Below, in pieces: positions 33,245 through 43,391 of a stretch of 64,000 bases of DNA. Numbering within the stretch: position 1 is the stretch's first letter; each line of letters opens with the position of its first letter. The notes below the pieces were generated by a model. The model ran no database searches, was not told the DNA's origin, and saw only the letters and a list, made by a program, of their open reading frames with translations. This DNA comes from Desulfatiglandales bacterium (GTDB lineage: Bacteria > Desulfobacterota > DSM-4660 > Desulfatiglandales > HGW-15). The stretch covers positions 1,824,001 through 1,888,000 of the forward strand of contig CAXXJJ010000001.1 of NCBI GenBank assembly GCA_963667015.2, given 5' to 3'. A program made the position numbers and the translations under genes.

Positions 33245-33469
33245 ATGTGCCTTGCAGTACCATCAAAGATAATTGAAATAAATAATGATGACATGATCGG
33301 AATTGTAGATGTGGACGGAGTAAAAAAAGAAGTCGGTCTGCATCTTATTGAAGACCCCAAAGTAGGGGATTATGTAATTGTGCATGCCGGGTTTGCAATC
33401 AATAAAATAGATGAGAATGAGGCGCTTGATACATTAAAGATTTTCAGAGAAATAGCGGAAACAATTTAA
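33245..33469 (+). CDS. hypC: Hydrogenase maturation chaperone HypC
   Basis: MCLAVP N-terminus; GDYVIVHAGFAI. Confidence 0.97.
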   Translation: MCLAVPSKIIEINNDDMIGIVDVDGVKKEVGLHLIEDPKVGDYVIVHAGFAINKIDENEALDTLKIFREIAETI

Positions 33470-33491
33470 TGTTGCATTTTTCTTGCCATCC

Positions 33492-33619
33492 GTAGAGACA
33501 GGTTTTAAACCTGTCCCGTCCTGTAGCCTGATTTGAAATTATTGGCTGTAAGGTGGAGACCTGAAATGTTGTACTGAACGAGTCATTTAGTTGTAGGGGT
33601 GAACCTTTGTGTTCATCCG
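33492..33619. repeat. Two GTAG-initiated REP-like hairpins
   Basis: gtagagacaggttttaaacctgtccc (33492) and gtaggggtgaacctttgtgttcatccg (33593). Confidence 0.6.
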
Positions 33620-33671
33620 TAAAAGGTAATTGAAATCTTCTTTGTATGTAGAGAGATGTTCTGTCTTCAAA

Positions 33672-35954
33672 ATGAATAAAAACAAAACCGCAAAAAAAAT
33701 CCTGATCAACGGAATTGTACAGGGCGTAGGATTCAGGCCGTTCGTCTACCAGCTTGCCCTTAAACATTCCCTTAAAGGTGAAATAGCAAATACCTCCGAA
33801 GGGGTTTCAATTCATGTTGAGGGACCGAAAACAGATATTGAAGAATTTACAGCTGATCTGAAAAGTAATCCCCCATCCCTGGCCAAAATAACAGGGGTAC
33901 TTTCACTTCCTGATGAAGTGAAAGGCTGCCGGGATTTTAAAATATCAGAAAGCATGAACAGCAGGGCAATGTCCACCCTTATCTCTCCTGATGTTTCAGT
34001 GTGTGATGACTGCATTAAAGAACTTTTTGATCCTGAAGACAGGCGATTCAGGTATCCCTTTATAAACTGTACCAACTGTGGGCCGCGCTATACTATTATT
34101 AATAACATCCCATATGACCGAATCAATACATCCATGAAAAAATTCACAATGTGTGAAGAGTGCCGGAAAGAATATGATGATCCCTCAAATCGTCGGTTTC
34201 ATGCTCAGCCCAATGCCTGCGATGCATGCGGGCCTCATGTTTCACTCTATGATAATAAAAGGCAGAAGATTGAGACAGACGATCCTGTAATGAAAGCTGC
34301 AGAGCATCTTAAGCAGGGCCGCATTGTTGCCATAAAAGGACTCGGAGGGTTTCACCTTGCAGTAGATGCTGAGAATGATGAAGCGGTGAAGGAGTTAAGG
34401 AAACGAAAACTGCGTGAAGAAAAACCCTTTGCCGTGATGTCCTTTAATATGGAAAAGATATCCGGGTATGCCTTCTTCAGCAGCGATGAAGCATTACAGC
34501 TGAAATCCATTCAAAGGCCTGTTGTCCTTTTAAAAAAGAAAGGAGATAATGCCCTTTCCCGGTGGATCTCTCCCGGGAACAGGTATTATGGCGTCATGCT
34601 TCCATCCACTCCTCTTCACTATCTTCTCCTGGAGAAAGATTTCAGGGCGCTTGTAATGACAAGCGGCAATATGAGTGAGGAGCCCATTGCCATTGATAAT
34701 GAAGATGCCTTTAACCGGCTTTCAGGCATTGCTGATTTTTTTCTTGTTCATGACAGGGATATCTTAATAAGAAGTGATGATTCCATAATCAATTGTCAGT
34801 CAGGGGATCATAGTTTTATTAGAAGATCAAGGGGCTATGTCCCTGTGCCGGTATTCCTTAAAAACAGTCAGTCTGCTGTTCTGGGCTGCGGCGCCGAGCT
34901 CAAGAATACCATATGCATAACAAAGAAAAACAATGCCTTTTTAAGCCAGCATATAGGAGACCTTGAAAACAGGGCAACATATGATTTTTATAGAAGCGCC
35001 ATTGATCATATGAAACGGATTCTGGAGATTAAGCCGGAAATATTGAGCTGTGATATGCATCCTGACTATCTGAGCACAAGGTATGCCCTGGAGCAGGGAA
35101 ATAAACAAATAGTCAGGGTACAGCATCATCATGCTCACATTGCTGGCTGTATGGCTGAAAACAGACTTGAAGGTGATGTTATAGGTCTTTCCTTTGACGG
35201 GACCGGATACGGACCTGATGGAACTGTGTGGGGCGGCGAAATCCTGATTGCTGATCTTAAGGCGTATAAAAGAGTCTCAACCCTGTCACCGGTTGCAATG
35301 CCGGGCAGCAGTGCTGCCATAAGGGAACCATGGCGCATGGGAATAAGTTACCTGTACGAGGCATTCGGTGAAGATCTGTTTGATCTGGATATTCCTTTGT
35401 CAGGAAAAATACCGGCCAAAGATATAAAAATAATTGCGGAGATGGTATCAAAAAAAATAAATTCTCCCATGACATCCAGCCTGGGGCGCCTTTTTGACGG
35501 GGTATCAGCCGTATGCGGTATCAGGACCCATGTGCATAACGAAGGTCAGGCAGCCATGGAACTTGAGATGATGGCTGGTAATGATATTAAAACCTGTTAT
35601 GATTATGTATGGGAAAGAGAAGATAATGTATACAAAGTAAATCCTGTCCCCATCATAAAGGGAATTGTAAATGATCTGTCCGGGAAGACGGGGGCAGGCA
35701 CAATAAGTTCCCGGTTTCACGGGACCCTTGTAAAGATGTATTCGGAACTGTGCAGCGTTATATCTGCGGACACAGGCCTTGATCGCATTGTTTTAAGCGG
35801 AGGGGTATTCCAGAATTCGGTTTTTACCAGAGGGCTTGTGTCTGCATTGGAGGACAGGGGACTTAAGGTCTATACCCATAAACTTGTGCCGCCAAATGAC
35901 GGGGGAATTTCTCTGGGGCAGGCGGTAGTGGCTGCGGCTGTAATTAAGAGTTAG
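33672..35954 (+). CDS. hypF: Carbamoyltransferase HypF (ATG 33672 preferred)
   Basis: GIVQGVGFRPF, Zn fingers, RRFHAQPNAC, QHHHAH, PPNDGGISLGQ. Confidence 0.97.
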   Translation: MNKNKTAKKILINGIVQGVGFRPFVYQLALKHSLKGEIANTSEGVSIHVEGPKTDIEEFTADLKSNPPSLAKITGVLSLPDEVKGCRDFKISESMNSRAMSTLISPDVSVCDDCIKELFDPEDRRFRYPFINCTNCGPRYTIINNIPYDRINTSMKKFTMCEECRKEYDDPSNRRFHAQPNACDACGPHVSLYDNKRQKIETDDPVMKAAEHLKQGRIVAIKGLGGFHLAVDAENDEAVKELRKRKLREEKPFAVMSFNMEKISGYAFFSSDEALQLKSIQRPVVLLKKKGDNALSRWISPGNRYYGVMLPSTPLHYLLLEKDFRALVMTSGNMSEEPIAIDNEDAFNRLSGIADFFLVHDRDILIRSDDSIINCQSGDHSFIRRSRGYVPVPVFLKNSQSAVLGCGAELKNTICITKKNNAFLSQHIGDLENRATYDFYRSAIDHMKRILEIKPEILSCDMHPDYLSTRYALEQGNKQIVRVQHHHAHIAGCMAENRLEGDVIGLSFDGTGYGPDGTVWGGEILIADLKAYKRVSTLSPVAMPGSSAAIREPWRMGISYLYEAFGEDLFDLDIPLSGKIPAKDIKIIAEMVSKKINSPMTSSLGRLFDGVSAVCGIRTHVHNEGQAAMELEMMAGNDIKTCYDYVWEREDNVYKVNPVPIIKGIVNDLSGKTGAGTISSRFHGTLVKMYSELCSVISADTGLDRIVLSGGVFQNSVFTRGLVSALEDRGLKVYTHKLVPPNDGGISLGQAVVAAAVIKS

Positions 35955-35962
35955 GAAAATAA

Positions 35963-37045
35963 ATGAAACACCAGGAAGAATACAGAGACCCGGCTATTTC
36001 AAAAGAACTGATTAAAATGATAAATGAAATCAGCAAAAAACCGGTACGTCTTATGGAGGTGTGCGGAACCCATACAATGTCTATCTTCAGGCACGGGATA
36101 AGGAGTGTTCTGCCAGAAAACATAACCCTTCTTTCAGGGCCCGGGTGCCCGGTATGTGTGACATCACAAAGGGATATCGATGCCTTTATAGAACTCTCAA
36201 AATATCCGGATACTATAATTGCCACCTTTGGAGATCTTATGAGGGTTCCGGGGAGTATATCATCGCTGCGGCAGGAACATGCAAAGGGTAGAGATATACG
36301 CATGGTATATTCTCCATCCGATGCCGTAAAGCTGGCTTACGACAATCCGGATAAAAAAATAATATTTCCCGGTGTCGGGTTTGAGACAACCATACCGACG
36401 ATTGCCATATCCATATTAATGGCGGCTCAGAAAAATATTGATAATTTCTTTGTCTATTCCGCACATAAGCTTGTACCCCCGGCGCTGGAGGCACTTACAG
36501 CTGATAATGACACTGCCATAGATGGCTTTATTCTGCCGGGACATGTGTCCATAATAATCGGAACAGACGCCTACAGGCCTTTCTTTGAAAAACACAGGGT
36601 CCCATGTGCTGTGACCGGTTTTGAACCTGTTGATATCCTGAAGGGCATATTGCGGCTGATAGAGATGATAGAACAGGATGAGCCATCCCTTGAAAATGAA
36701 TATAAACGGGCTGTCACTGCCGATGGAAATAAAAAGGCCCTGGATATCATTGATGAGGTTTTTCAGGTCGTAGACACTGGCTGGAGGGGCCTCGGCACAA
36801 TAAAGAACAGCGGGCTTGAAATAAAGGAAAAATATAAAAGATATAATGCCAGGGCGGAGTTTGATATACAGGTACCCGAATATGAGGTAAAAAAAGGCTG
36901 CATATGCGGTGAAATTTTAACCGGAAACAAGATTCCCCCGGACTGTGCACTTTATAAAAAGGTCTGCACACCGGTAGAGCCGGTAGGCCCGTGTATGGTA
37001 TCAACCGAAGGAACCTGTGCGGCCTATTTTCGATTTTATAAATGA
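35963..37045 (+). CDS. hypD: HypD
   Basis: MEVCGTHT, SGPGCPVCV, GFETT, GPCMVSTEGTC. Confidence 0.97.
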   Translation: MKHQEEYRDPAISKELIKMINEISKKPVRLMEVCGTHTMSIFRHGIRSVLPENITLLSGPGCPVCVTSQRDIDAFIELSKYPDTIIATFGDLMRVPGSISSLRQEHAKGRDIRMVYSPSDAVKLAYDNPDKKIIFPGVGFETTIPTIAISILMAAQKNIDNFFVYSAHKLVPPALEALTADNDTAIDGFILPGHVSIIIGTDAYRPFFEKHRVPCAVTGFEPVDILKGILRLIEMIEQDEPSLENEYKRAVTADGNKKALDIIDEVFQVVDTGWRGLGTIKNSGLEIKEKYKRYNARAEFDIQVPEYEVKKGCICGEILTGNKIPPDCALYKKVCTPVEPVGPCMVSTEGTCAAYFRFYK

Positions 37046-37062
37046 AATAATATGGATATTCT

Positions 37063-38073
37063 ATGTCAGCTAAAACAATTACACTTGATCATGGGAGCGG
37101 CGGAAAGATATCACACAGCCTTATAACCGACACCCTGCTGCCGCTTTTTAATAATCCTGTTCTGTCCAGGCTGGATGACGGTGCAGTTCTTGATATCAAC
37201 GGCACACGGATAGCATTTTCAACAGATTCATACACGGTTGATCCGCTCTTTTTCCCCGGCGGTGATATCGGTGAACTTGCTGTAAACGGCACGGTCAATG
37301 ATGTTGCCATGTGCGGGGCAATCCCAAAATATTTAAGTTCAGGGATAATAATGGAAGAGGGGTTTCCTCTGGTGGATCTTGAGAGAATCCTTGAGAGTAT
37401 GAAAAAGGCGGCCGGCAGGGCAGGGGTTCAGATTGTAACCGGAGATACAAAGGTGGTTCCGCGGGGTGGGGTTGATAAGCTTTTTATCAATACCTCCGGC
37501 ATTGGAATTATACCCCAGGGAGTAAATGTATCCGGCAGCAATGCAGCCCACGGAGACAAAATAATATTGAGCGGGTATATGGCTGATCACGGTGTGACAA
37601 TCCTCAGGGAGCGGGAAAACATGTCATTTGATTCACCAATAAAAAGTGATACTGCGCCGCTTAATAATATGGTGAAAAAAATCATTGAAAAGAGCAATGA
37701 AATACATGTGCTCAGGGATCCGACCAGGGGAGGGGTCGGAACAACGCTCAATGAAATTGCGATATCATCTCAGGTGGGAATAACCATATATGAAGAAAAA
37801 ATCCCTTTAAGGGATTCAACAAGGGGAATATGTGAACTGCTGGGGTTTGATCCTCTTTACCTGGCAAACGAAGGGAAACTCCTGGCCTTTGTCCCTGAAG
37901 ATATATCCGATATGATTCTTTCAGCAATCAGGGAGGATGAATACGGGAAGGACGCAGCCGTCATCGGTGAAGTAACCGCAGGCAGCCCGGGTATGGTTTT
38001 TATGAAAACCGCAATAGGCGGGGAGCGAATAGTTGATATGCTTACAGGGGAGCAGCTGCCGAGAATATGCTAG
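37063..38073 (+). CDS. hypE: HypE
   Basis: HGSGG, LRDPTRGG, C-terminal LPRIC. Confidence 0.97.
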   Translation: MSAKTITLDHGSGGKISHSLITDTLLPLFNNPVLSRLDDGAVLDINGTRIAFSTDSYTVDPLFFPGGDIGELAVNGTVNDVAMCGAIPKYLSSGIIMEEGFPLVDLERILESMKKAAGRAGVQIVTGDTKVVPRGGVDKLFINTSGIGIIPQGVNVSGSNAAHGDKIILSGYMADHGVTILRERENMSFDSPIKSDTAPLNNMVKKIIEKSNEIHVLRDPTRGGVGTTLNEIAISSQVGITIYEEKIPLRDSTRGICELLGFDPLYLANEGKLLAFVPEDISDMILSAIREDEYGKDAAVIGEVTAGSPGMVFMKTAIGGERIVDMLTGEQLPRIC

Positions 38074-38080
38074 TAAAAAC

Positions 38081-38163
38081 GAGGTGTACGGTCTGCGGTT
38101 TACGGTTCAGGGAAAAGCCTTTAATTTTTGGTCTTATACCGTAAACCTTAAACCCTGGACCTG
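38081..38163. repeat. Heptamer-repeat inverted element
   Basis: tgtacgg tctgcgg tttacgg ttcaggg ... ccgtaaa ccttaaa ccctgga. Confidence 0.55.
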
Positions 38164-38236
38164 TTCAATATGTTTAAAAAGTGCGATAAAGGTATATACT
38201 TATTAGATTGCTAAATGCTTCGAGTCAGGAAAATCC

Positions 38237-38578
38237 ATGCATGAAATGTCCATAGTACAGAGTCTCATCTCCATTGTAGAAGAGGAGATGCTTAAAAATA
38301 ATGCGACAATCCTTAAGTCGGTCAGGGTAAAGATCGGTAAAATGTCCGGCATTGTACCCGAGGCACTCAGCACATGCTTTGAGATTTTGACCTCCAGAAC
38401 CGGTATGAAGGGTGCTGTATTAAAGATGGATATTGCACCGCTGATTGCCCATTGCCGCAAATGCAATCAGGATTTTGAGGTAATAGAGTATAACTTTTCA
38501 TGCCCTGAATGTGATTCAACTGATATAGATGTGGTTTCAGGCAGGGAAATGAATATTGTGGAGATAGAGGTAGATTAG
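38237..38578 (+). CDS. hypA: Nickel metallochaperone HypA
   Basis: MHEMS, CRKC, CPEC, SGREM. Confidence 0.96.
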   Translation: MHEMSIVQSLISIVEEEMLKNNATILKSVRVKIGKMSGIVPEALSTCFEILTSRTGMKGAVLKMDIAPLIAHCRKCNQDFEVIEYNFSCPECDSTDIDVVSGREMNIVEIEVD

Positions 38579-38585
38579 TTTTATC

Positions 38586-38732
38586 TCTCGCAGAGCCCAC
38601 AGAGTTCACAGAGAAAAACAAAAACATTTATTAGTCTAAAAATATGAAAGCATAATTTTAAGGGTTTAAAAATAAAAAAGCCTTTCTCTGCGGCCTCTGC
38701 GAGCTCTAGTGACCAAAGGGAACGGGCGAGAG
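38586..38732. repeat. CGCAGAG/CTCTGCG-type palindromic intergenic element
   Basis: tctcgcagagcccacagagttcacagag ... ctctgcggcctctgcgagc. Confidence 0.55.
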
Positions 38733-38758
38733 AAATCTTTTAAGAAAGGAACACCAAA

Positions 38759-39424
38759 ATGAAAATTACAGTCGTGCGGGATATTCTTGAAGTCAATGAA
38801 AGGATTGCTCAGCAGAATAGAGAGCTTTTTACTGAAAACAATATGCTTGTTATCAACCTTATGAGCAGCCCGGGGGCCGGTAAAACAACCCTTCTGGAGA
38901 AGAGTATAGAGGCATTAAAGGATGATATCGGAATAGGGGTGATTGAGGGGGATATTCAGTCCACCTATGATGCCGAGAGAATCGCGGCAAAGGGAGTTCC
39001 TGCAGTGCAGATCAATACGGACGGCGCCTGTCACCTGGATGGCAACATGATACGGGATACCTTTGAGGAGTTTGATTTTAAAGAGCTGGATCTTCTTGTT
39101 GTCGAGAATGTGGGTAACCTGGTGTGCCCGGCAGAATTCCAGGTGGGTGAAGATTTTAAGGTAATGATCTTGAGTGTAACAGAAGGGGATGACAAGCCGG
39201 GTAAATACCCCCTCATGTTTCGTGAATCAAAGGCCCTGCTTATCAACAAGATAGATCTCTTACCCTATGTAGATGCCAGCCTGGAAAAAATCAGGGAAGA
39301 GTCTCTTAAGATAAATCCTGATCTTAAAATCTTTCCTGTTTCCTGTAAAACAGGAGAAGGGCTTGAAGAATGGCTTAATTGGCTCAAAGACAGGGTAAAG
39401 GAGAAAACAGTATCCAGAAGTTAG
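38759..39424 (+). CDS. hypB: Nickel-insertion GTPase HypB (no His-rich N-terminus)
   Basis: SSPGAGKTT, ACHLD, ENVGNLVCPA, NKIDL. Confidence 0.97.
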   Translation: MKITVVRDILEVNERIAQQNRELFTENNMLVINLMSSPGAGKTTLLEKSIEALKDDIGIGVIEGDIQSTYDAERIAAKGVPAVQINTDGACHLDGNMIRDTFEEFDFKELDLLVVENVGNLVCPAEFQVGEDFKVMILSVTEGDDKPGKYPLMFRESKALLINKIDLLPYVDASLEKIREESLKINPDLKIFPVSCKTGEGLEEWLNWLKDRVKEKTVSRS

Positions 39425-39476
39425 AGCAGAAAATAGAAATTATTTTTCCGGAAACAAGCATCTGGAATATATAATT

Positions 39477-39501
39477 GTAGGGGCACGACGCATCGTGCCC
39501 T
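39477..39501. repeat. GTAG REP-like hairpin
   Basis: gtaggggcacgacgcatcgtgccct. Confidence 0.65.
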
Positions 39502-39552
39502 GTTTTTGTCTTTGCCAATCCGTGGCCTATACCCTTATCAAATTTTCAGACA

Positions 39553-39593
39553 TTGACTTGATTTGCTTTACAAAGTATAATTGTAAAGCAAAT
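39553..39593 (+). promoter_or_regulatory. Sigma70 promoter overlapped by a 13-bp inverted-repeat operator
   Basis: TTGACT-17 bp-TATAAT; ATTTGCTTTACAA-N7-TTGTAAAGCAAAT. Confidence 0.8.
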
Positions 39594-39611
39594 ATTGAAT
39601 AGGAGGGCAAA

Positions 39612-39848
39612 ATGGCTTTATCAACCGTATCATCAAAAGGGCAGATTACCCTGCCTGCAAAAATTAGAGCATCTTTGGGTATTAATTCAAAAGATAAAAT
39701 CCAAATTATTATGCGCGATAATGAGATTGTACTGAAACCGCTTAAATCCTTCCGAGATTTACGAGGATCAATTCCATTCAAAAAAGGTGACAGTAGAAAG
39801 AAAATGGCTGAAGCAGTCGCGCAGCACATAATGGAGATGGACGCTTGA
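39612..39848 (+). CDS. AbrB/MazE-fold antitoxin (VapB-like)
   Basis: VSSKGQITLPAKIRASLGI; overlaps the PIN gene. Confidence 0.92.
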   Translation: MALSTVSSKGQITLPAKIRASLGINSKDKIQIIMRDNEIVLKPLKSFRDLRGSIPFKKGDSRKKMAEAVAQHIMEMDA

Positions 39849-40252
39849 AAAGAATATTTCTGGATACAAATATATTCATCAGATACCTTGTAAATGATAT
39901 CCCGGCTCAGGTTGATAAAGTTGAGAAACTGTTTGACCTTGCAGAGCAGGATAAGATTAGATTGGTGACAGGGCCTCCAGTGTTTTTTGAGATCGCATGG
40001 ACACTCAAATCCTTCTATGGTTTTGATAAGCTCAGGATCTATGAATGCTTATCTGGTATTCTGGGAATATATGGATTGGAAGTGTTAGATGCTGATATAC
40101 TCCTGGAAGCTTTAGAACTGTATAAAGAAAATAATGTGGATTTCAGTGACGCCTATATTTCTGCGTCTGCTCAAAAGAATAAGGCTAACTCAATAGCAAC
40201 CTTCAATACAAAGCATTTCAAACCATTAAACGCCAGTATCTATCCATTGTAA
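39845..40252 (+). CDS. PIN-domain toxin (VapC-like)
   Basis: FLDTNIFIRYL, VFFE, VDFSDAYI, IATFN. Confidence 0.92.
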   Translation: MKRIFLDTNIFIRYLVNDIPAQVDKVEKLFDLAEQDKIRLVTGPPVFFEIAWTLKSFYGFDKLRIYECLSGILGIYGLEVLDADILLEALELYKENNVDFSDAYISASAQKNKANSIATFNTKHFKPLNASIYPL

Positions 40253-40415
40253 AAAAATTATCTATTTTACCGGCACCAGGTGACTGGTATCCAGTATCCT
40301 GTTTTTATCCCTGGTCAGGAATGTTGAATTTTAAATCAAATAGAGGGTTTTTATAAAGATCCTCTATTTTTCCTTGACTTTCTGAGAGAAATTGCTAAAT
40401 TTCATGTTTTCCTGC

Positions 40416-40489
40416 TGGGGGATAGTATAGTGGCAATACGACGGGTTCTGGCCCCGTTATCCAAGGTTCGAATCCTTGTCCCCCAGCCA
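40416..40489 (+). tRNA. tRNA-Gln (CTG)
   Basis: Acceptor tggggga/tccccca, anticodon arm acggg-ttctggc-cccgt, GGTTCGAATCC, encoded CCA. Confidence 0.96.
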
Positions 40490-40559
40490 AATATGTTTAA
40501 TAGAATCTGAGGACGTGATTCAGGGAAAGTCAGAGGAACGTTATCAGATTTTTTAATAT

Positions 40560-40635
40560 GGTCCCATCGTCTAGCGGTCTAGGATATCGGCCTCTCACGC
40601 CGGAGACACGGGTTCGATTCCCGTTGGGACTACCA
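40560..40635 (+). tRNA. tRNA-Glu (CTC)
   Basis: Acceptor ggtccca/tgggact, anticodon loop ctctcac, GGTTCGATTCC, encoded CCA. Confidence 0.96.
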
Positions 40636-40643
40636 GTACACTG

Positions 40644-40688
40644 TAACCCCTTGATTTTAGATAGTAGAGTCAAGGGGTTATTTTTTTT
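40644..40688 (+). terminator. Intrinsic terminator after the tRNAs
   Basis: taaccccttga...tcaaggggtta followed by T8. Confidence 0.75.
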
Positions 40689-40803
40689 GCGGTTGTTTTC
40701 GTTCATTTTGGCAGCAGTGTAGCCAAAATGAAAATCTATCAAAACTGCCTGAATCCATATCTGGAATCTCATCTTATTGTATTGGATCTCGAAATGAATA
40801 CAA

Positions 40804-41910
40804 TTAGAAGGATTTGCGCAGTGCCAAATGAAAGACCGCGTCCGAAGCGGTGTAAACCCACAGATCTTCAGATAAACCCAGTTCAACGCTGGTGCGCTCG
40901 GAAACCTGGAATGAGGCACCCATCACCAGTTGTACGGAGCCGGAGTCAACCCCTTCAAAGCTGCTGTCCTTGTACATAGAGGTATGACCGTCGAACTGGG
41001 CTTTCAAAGCCAGCCACTCATTAACGGCCCATCCGAAACCAAGGTTGCCGAAAACTGCCAGATTACGGCGTTGTTTTTTAAGCACGTCTCCTTTGGTCAT
41101 CCCCAGTGCGCCAAGCGAAGCGAAAACAGCCAGCCGAGTATTTTCAAGAGTGAATTCCCGCTGTCCGTTCAGGGACAGGGACAGGTCGGTACTGCCGGAA
41201 CCGAGTAATTTATCGCTTTCACCTGTGGGCAGTTTCAGGCTCAGACGCAAAGCCAGCGCTTCTGGCCGTGATCCCGTTTGTCTATCCAGCTTCCAGGCGG
41301 CACTCAGACGAAGGTCTCCGAGACCGTGTGCACTGTCGCGCAAATTGACAAGCGGGATTCCGTTTCGTTCATAGCTGTAGGCAAGACGATCGCGCGGCGC
41401 TTCGGAACGTCCGCTATCGGATAGATTGAAGATATCGTGAAAATTATCGATAAAGCTGTCAAGCCAACCTCCGGTATGGCTGATATAGGGGATGTCAAAG
41501 CCGATTTCGAAGCGTTCATTGACCCCGTAGCGCAAATTGAGGTTAGTACGATAGGTTTCGCCATCGAGCAGCAACGATTCGACAGCATTGTCATCGGATA
41601 TGTAATTACTGGCAGCATCAAGGGACAGTCGTACTGCATAGCGGCCGGCTCCCGTCAGAGTGGCCGGTTCAGCAGGAGGCAGGCCATAGATTTGTACCAA
41701 CGGGCTTTGATTGCTGGTGGCAAAAGGAGTAAGTTCTACCGCCGAAATAGAAAACGGCATCAGCATATATGCGAACAGAGCCGCCATAGTGTAGAATCCC
41801 AATTTCAGGGCAACCGAACCATTCGAGAATATCGGTTTAAAAAGAAACGACCATAAATGAGTAAATAACTTTAGATTCAGCATTGAATTTTGATTTATAT
41901 GTGGAAACAT
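40804..41910 (-). CDS. DUF3187-like outer-membrane beta-barrel protein (true start probably downstream)
   Basis: NQSPLVQIYGLP, LLDGETYR, GGWLDSFIDNFH, LKLPTG, terminal Phe. Confidence 0.8.
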   Translation of the reverse strand: MFPHINQNSMLNLKLFTHLWSFLFKPIFSNGSVALKLGFYTMAALFAYMLMPFSISAVELTPFATSNQSPLVQIYGLPPAEPATLTGAGRYAVRLSLDAASNYISDDNAVESLLLDGETYRTNLNLRYGVNERFEIGFDIPYISHTGGWLDSFIDNFHDIFNLSDSGRSEAPRDRLAYSYERNGIPLVNLRDSAHGLGDLRLSAAWKLDRQTGSRPEALALRLSLKLPTGESDKLLGSGSTDLSLSLNGQREFTLENTRLAVFASLGALGMTKGDVLKKQRRNLAVFGNLGFGWAVNEWLALKAQFDGHTSMYKDSSFEGVDSGSVQLVMGASFQVSERTSVELGLSEDLWVYTASDAVFHLALRKSF

Positions 41911-42090
41911 TGACCTGAAGGCTCAGCACAAGCTTCCACCCTTTCTCAGATAATTGTCGACATTAATACCTGTTAACTCTTTTTATAGCAATATCCACAG
42001 ACTGTAGGTTTAAATAACAATTATAATTTCATATCCATTTTTTTTCCAGCTTATTATTTTATTTTTATAAAGTTTTCCGCTCAATTAAGA

Positions 42091-42750
42091 TTAAATAAAA
42101 AGCCTGACAAATCTTCGTTTGCCAATCTTTAATATTCCCGGATTCTGTAATGTAAATTCATGTGTCTTAATTACTTCTCCGTCCAGTGTTACCGCCTTCT
42201 GGCTGATTAATCTTCTTATTTCACTCCGGCTTTTACACATCCCGGTTAATGCAATCAGTTCTACTACGTTGATTCCACTTCCTATGTTATAGGCTGCCAA
42301 GTCCTCAGGTATCCCTTTTTATTGAAAAACATTTATAAAATGCTCTTCTGCTCTTTGTGCAGGTGTTTCATCATGATAGATGCTCACAATTTCTCTGGCT
42401 ACACGCATTTTAAGATTTTTAATATGCATTAAACCTTTACTCACCTCATCGTTATACCTGGTAATCTGTTCAGGCTTCCACCTTGTGATCAGCCTCATGT
42501 AAGCATCTATGGCATCATCAGGAATACTCATCACTTTTCCGTACATATCTTCCGGGGAAGAAAGGAGCGGAATATGGTTTCCGAGAGATTTACTCATCTT
42601 AATTTTTCCATCAGTACCCGGGAGTATATCCAGTATAATTGCGATATTGGGTTTGCAGCCAAGGCATGTCATCAGTTTTCTTGCTGCTGTGACAATATTA
42701 AATAGCTGGTCAGATCCTCCGACCCGTACATCAGCCTTTAATAATTTCAA
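42091..42750 (-). pseudogene. tyrS: Tyrosyl-tRNA synthetase C-terminal fragment with in-frame stop
   Basis: GGSDQLFN, KMSKSLGN, S4-like tail KIGKRRF; TAA at 42319-42321 joins the two ORFs in frame; HIGH-containing N-half absent. Confidence 0.88.
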
Positions 42751-42848
42751 AACTCAAAAGAATAATAAATCGCTCCGCTTTACATGTTTTTCTCCTGTGC
42801 CGGTTTTCAACCTTCCCGCAATGGGAAGTTAATCGATACCTGAAAAAC

Positions 42849-42909
42849 CTGGATTCCCCGGTTCAGTCTTCGCTAAGGCTACGCCCCGACAAGCAAGCCG
42901 GGGAATGAC
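42849..42909. repeat. GTCATTCC/GGAATCCAG palindromic element with a nested second repeat
   Basis: ctggattccccgg...ccggggaatgac enclosing cttcgctaaggctacgccccgacaag; related to 59521-59550. Confidence 0.65.
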
Positions 42910-43089
42910 GGGATGAAGGGGCGCAAAAAGGGTGTTTCTGAATAGAAACCGGTTAGGAGACCGGTATATAGATTCATATGCTTTACACGTGCAGAGAAAA
43001 ACAAGGTTTGTTTATGAGGAATCATATCTTCATTAAAAAAAGTAGAAGTAATTGAAACTATCGGAGAGGAAATAAAGCGAGGACTTTAA

Positions 43090-43389
43090 TCATCCTTTGG
43101 ATTTTTCTTCCTTTTTTATCAACTTGTATGTTTCTTCATAAATGCATGCCCTTGGTCCAAGGGCGACTGATTGTATCTCTTTTTCACCTGCAACCTGGTA
43201 TATGATCCGGAATCTTTTTACCCGAAAACTTCTTAAACCCTTAAGCTCATCCTTTAATGCCTTTCCTGTATAAGGATCATTAATTATTGTTCTAAGCGCG
43301 TGTTTTATTTTCTTTTTAATATCCGGATGAAGCGAACTGATATCATTTGCCAGGTATTCAGGTATCCTGAGTTTATACATCAGCTGCAC
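43090..43389 (-). CDS. RelE/ParE family toxin
   Basis: DPYTGKALKDELKGLRSFRVKRFRIIY. Confidence 0.9.
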   Translation of the reverse strand: MQLMYKLRIPEYLANDISSLHPDIKKKIKHALRTIINDPYTGKALKDELKGLRSFRVKRFRIIYQVAGEKEIQSVALGPRACIYEETYKLIKKEEKSKG

Positions 43390-43391
43390 CC

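Noticed and set aside
40530..40979. ORFs overlapping tRNA-Glu and its terminator
   Set aside because: They conflict with the tRNA and the DUF3187-like gene.
42319..42321. Recoded stops (Sec/Pyl or alternative code) in tyrS, HEPN and Zn-ribbon genes
   Set aside because: Two are TAA, the tyrS and HEPN genes are also truncated, and TAA/TAG end normal genes here.
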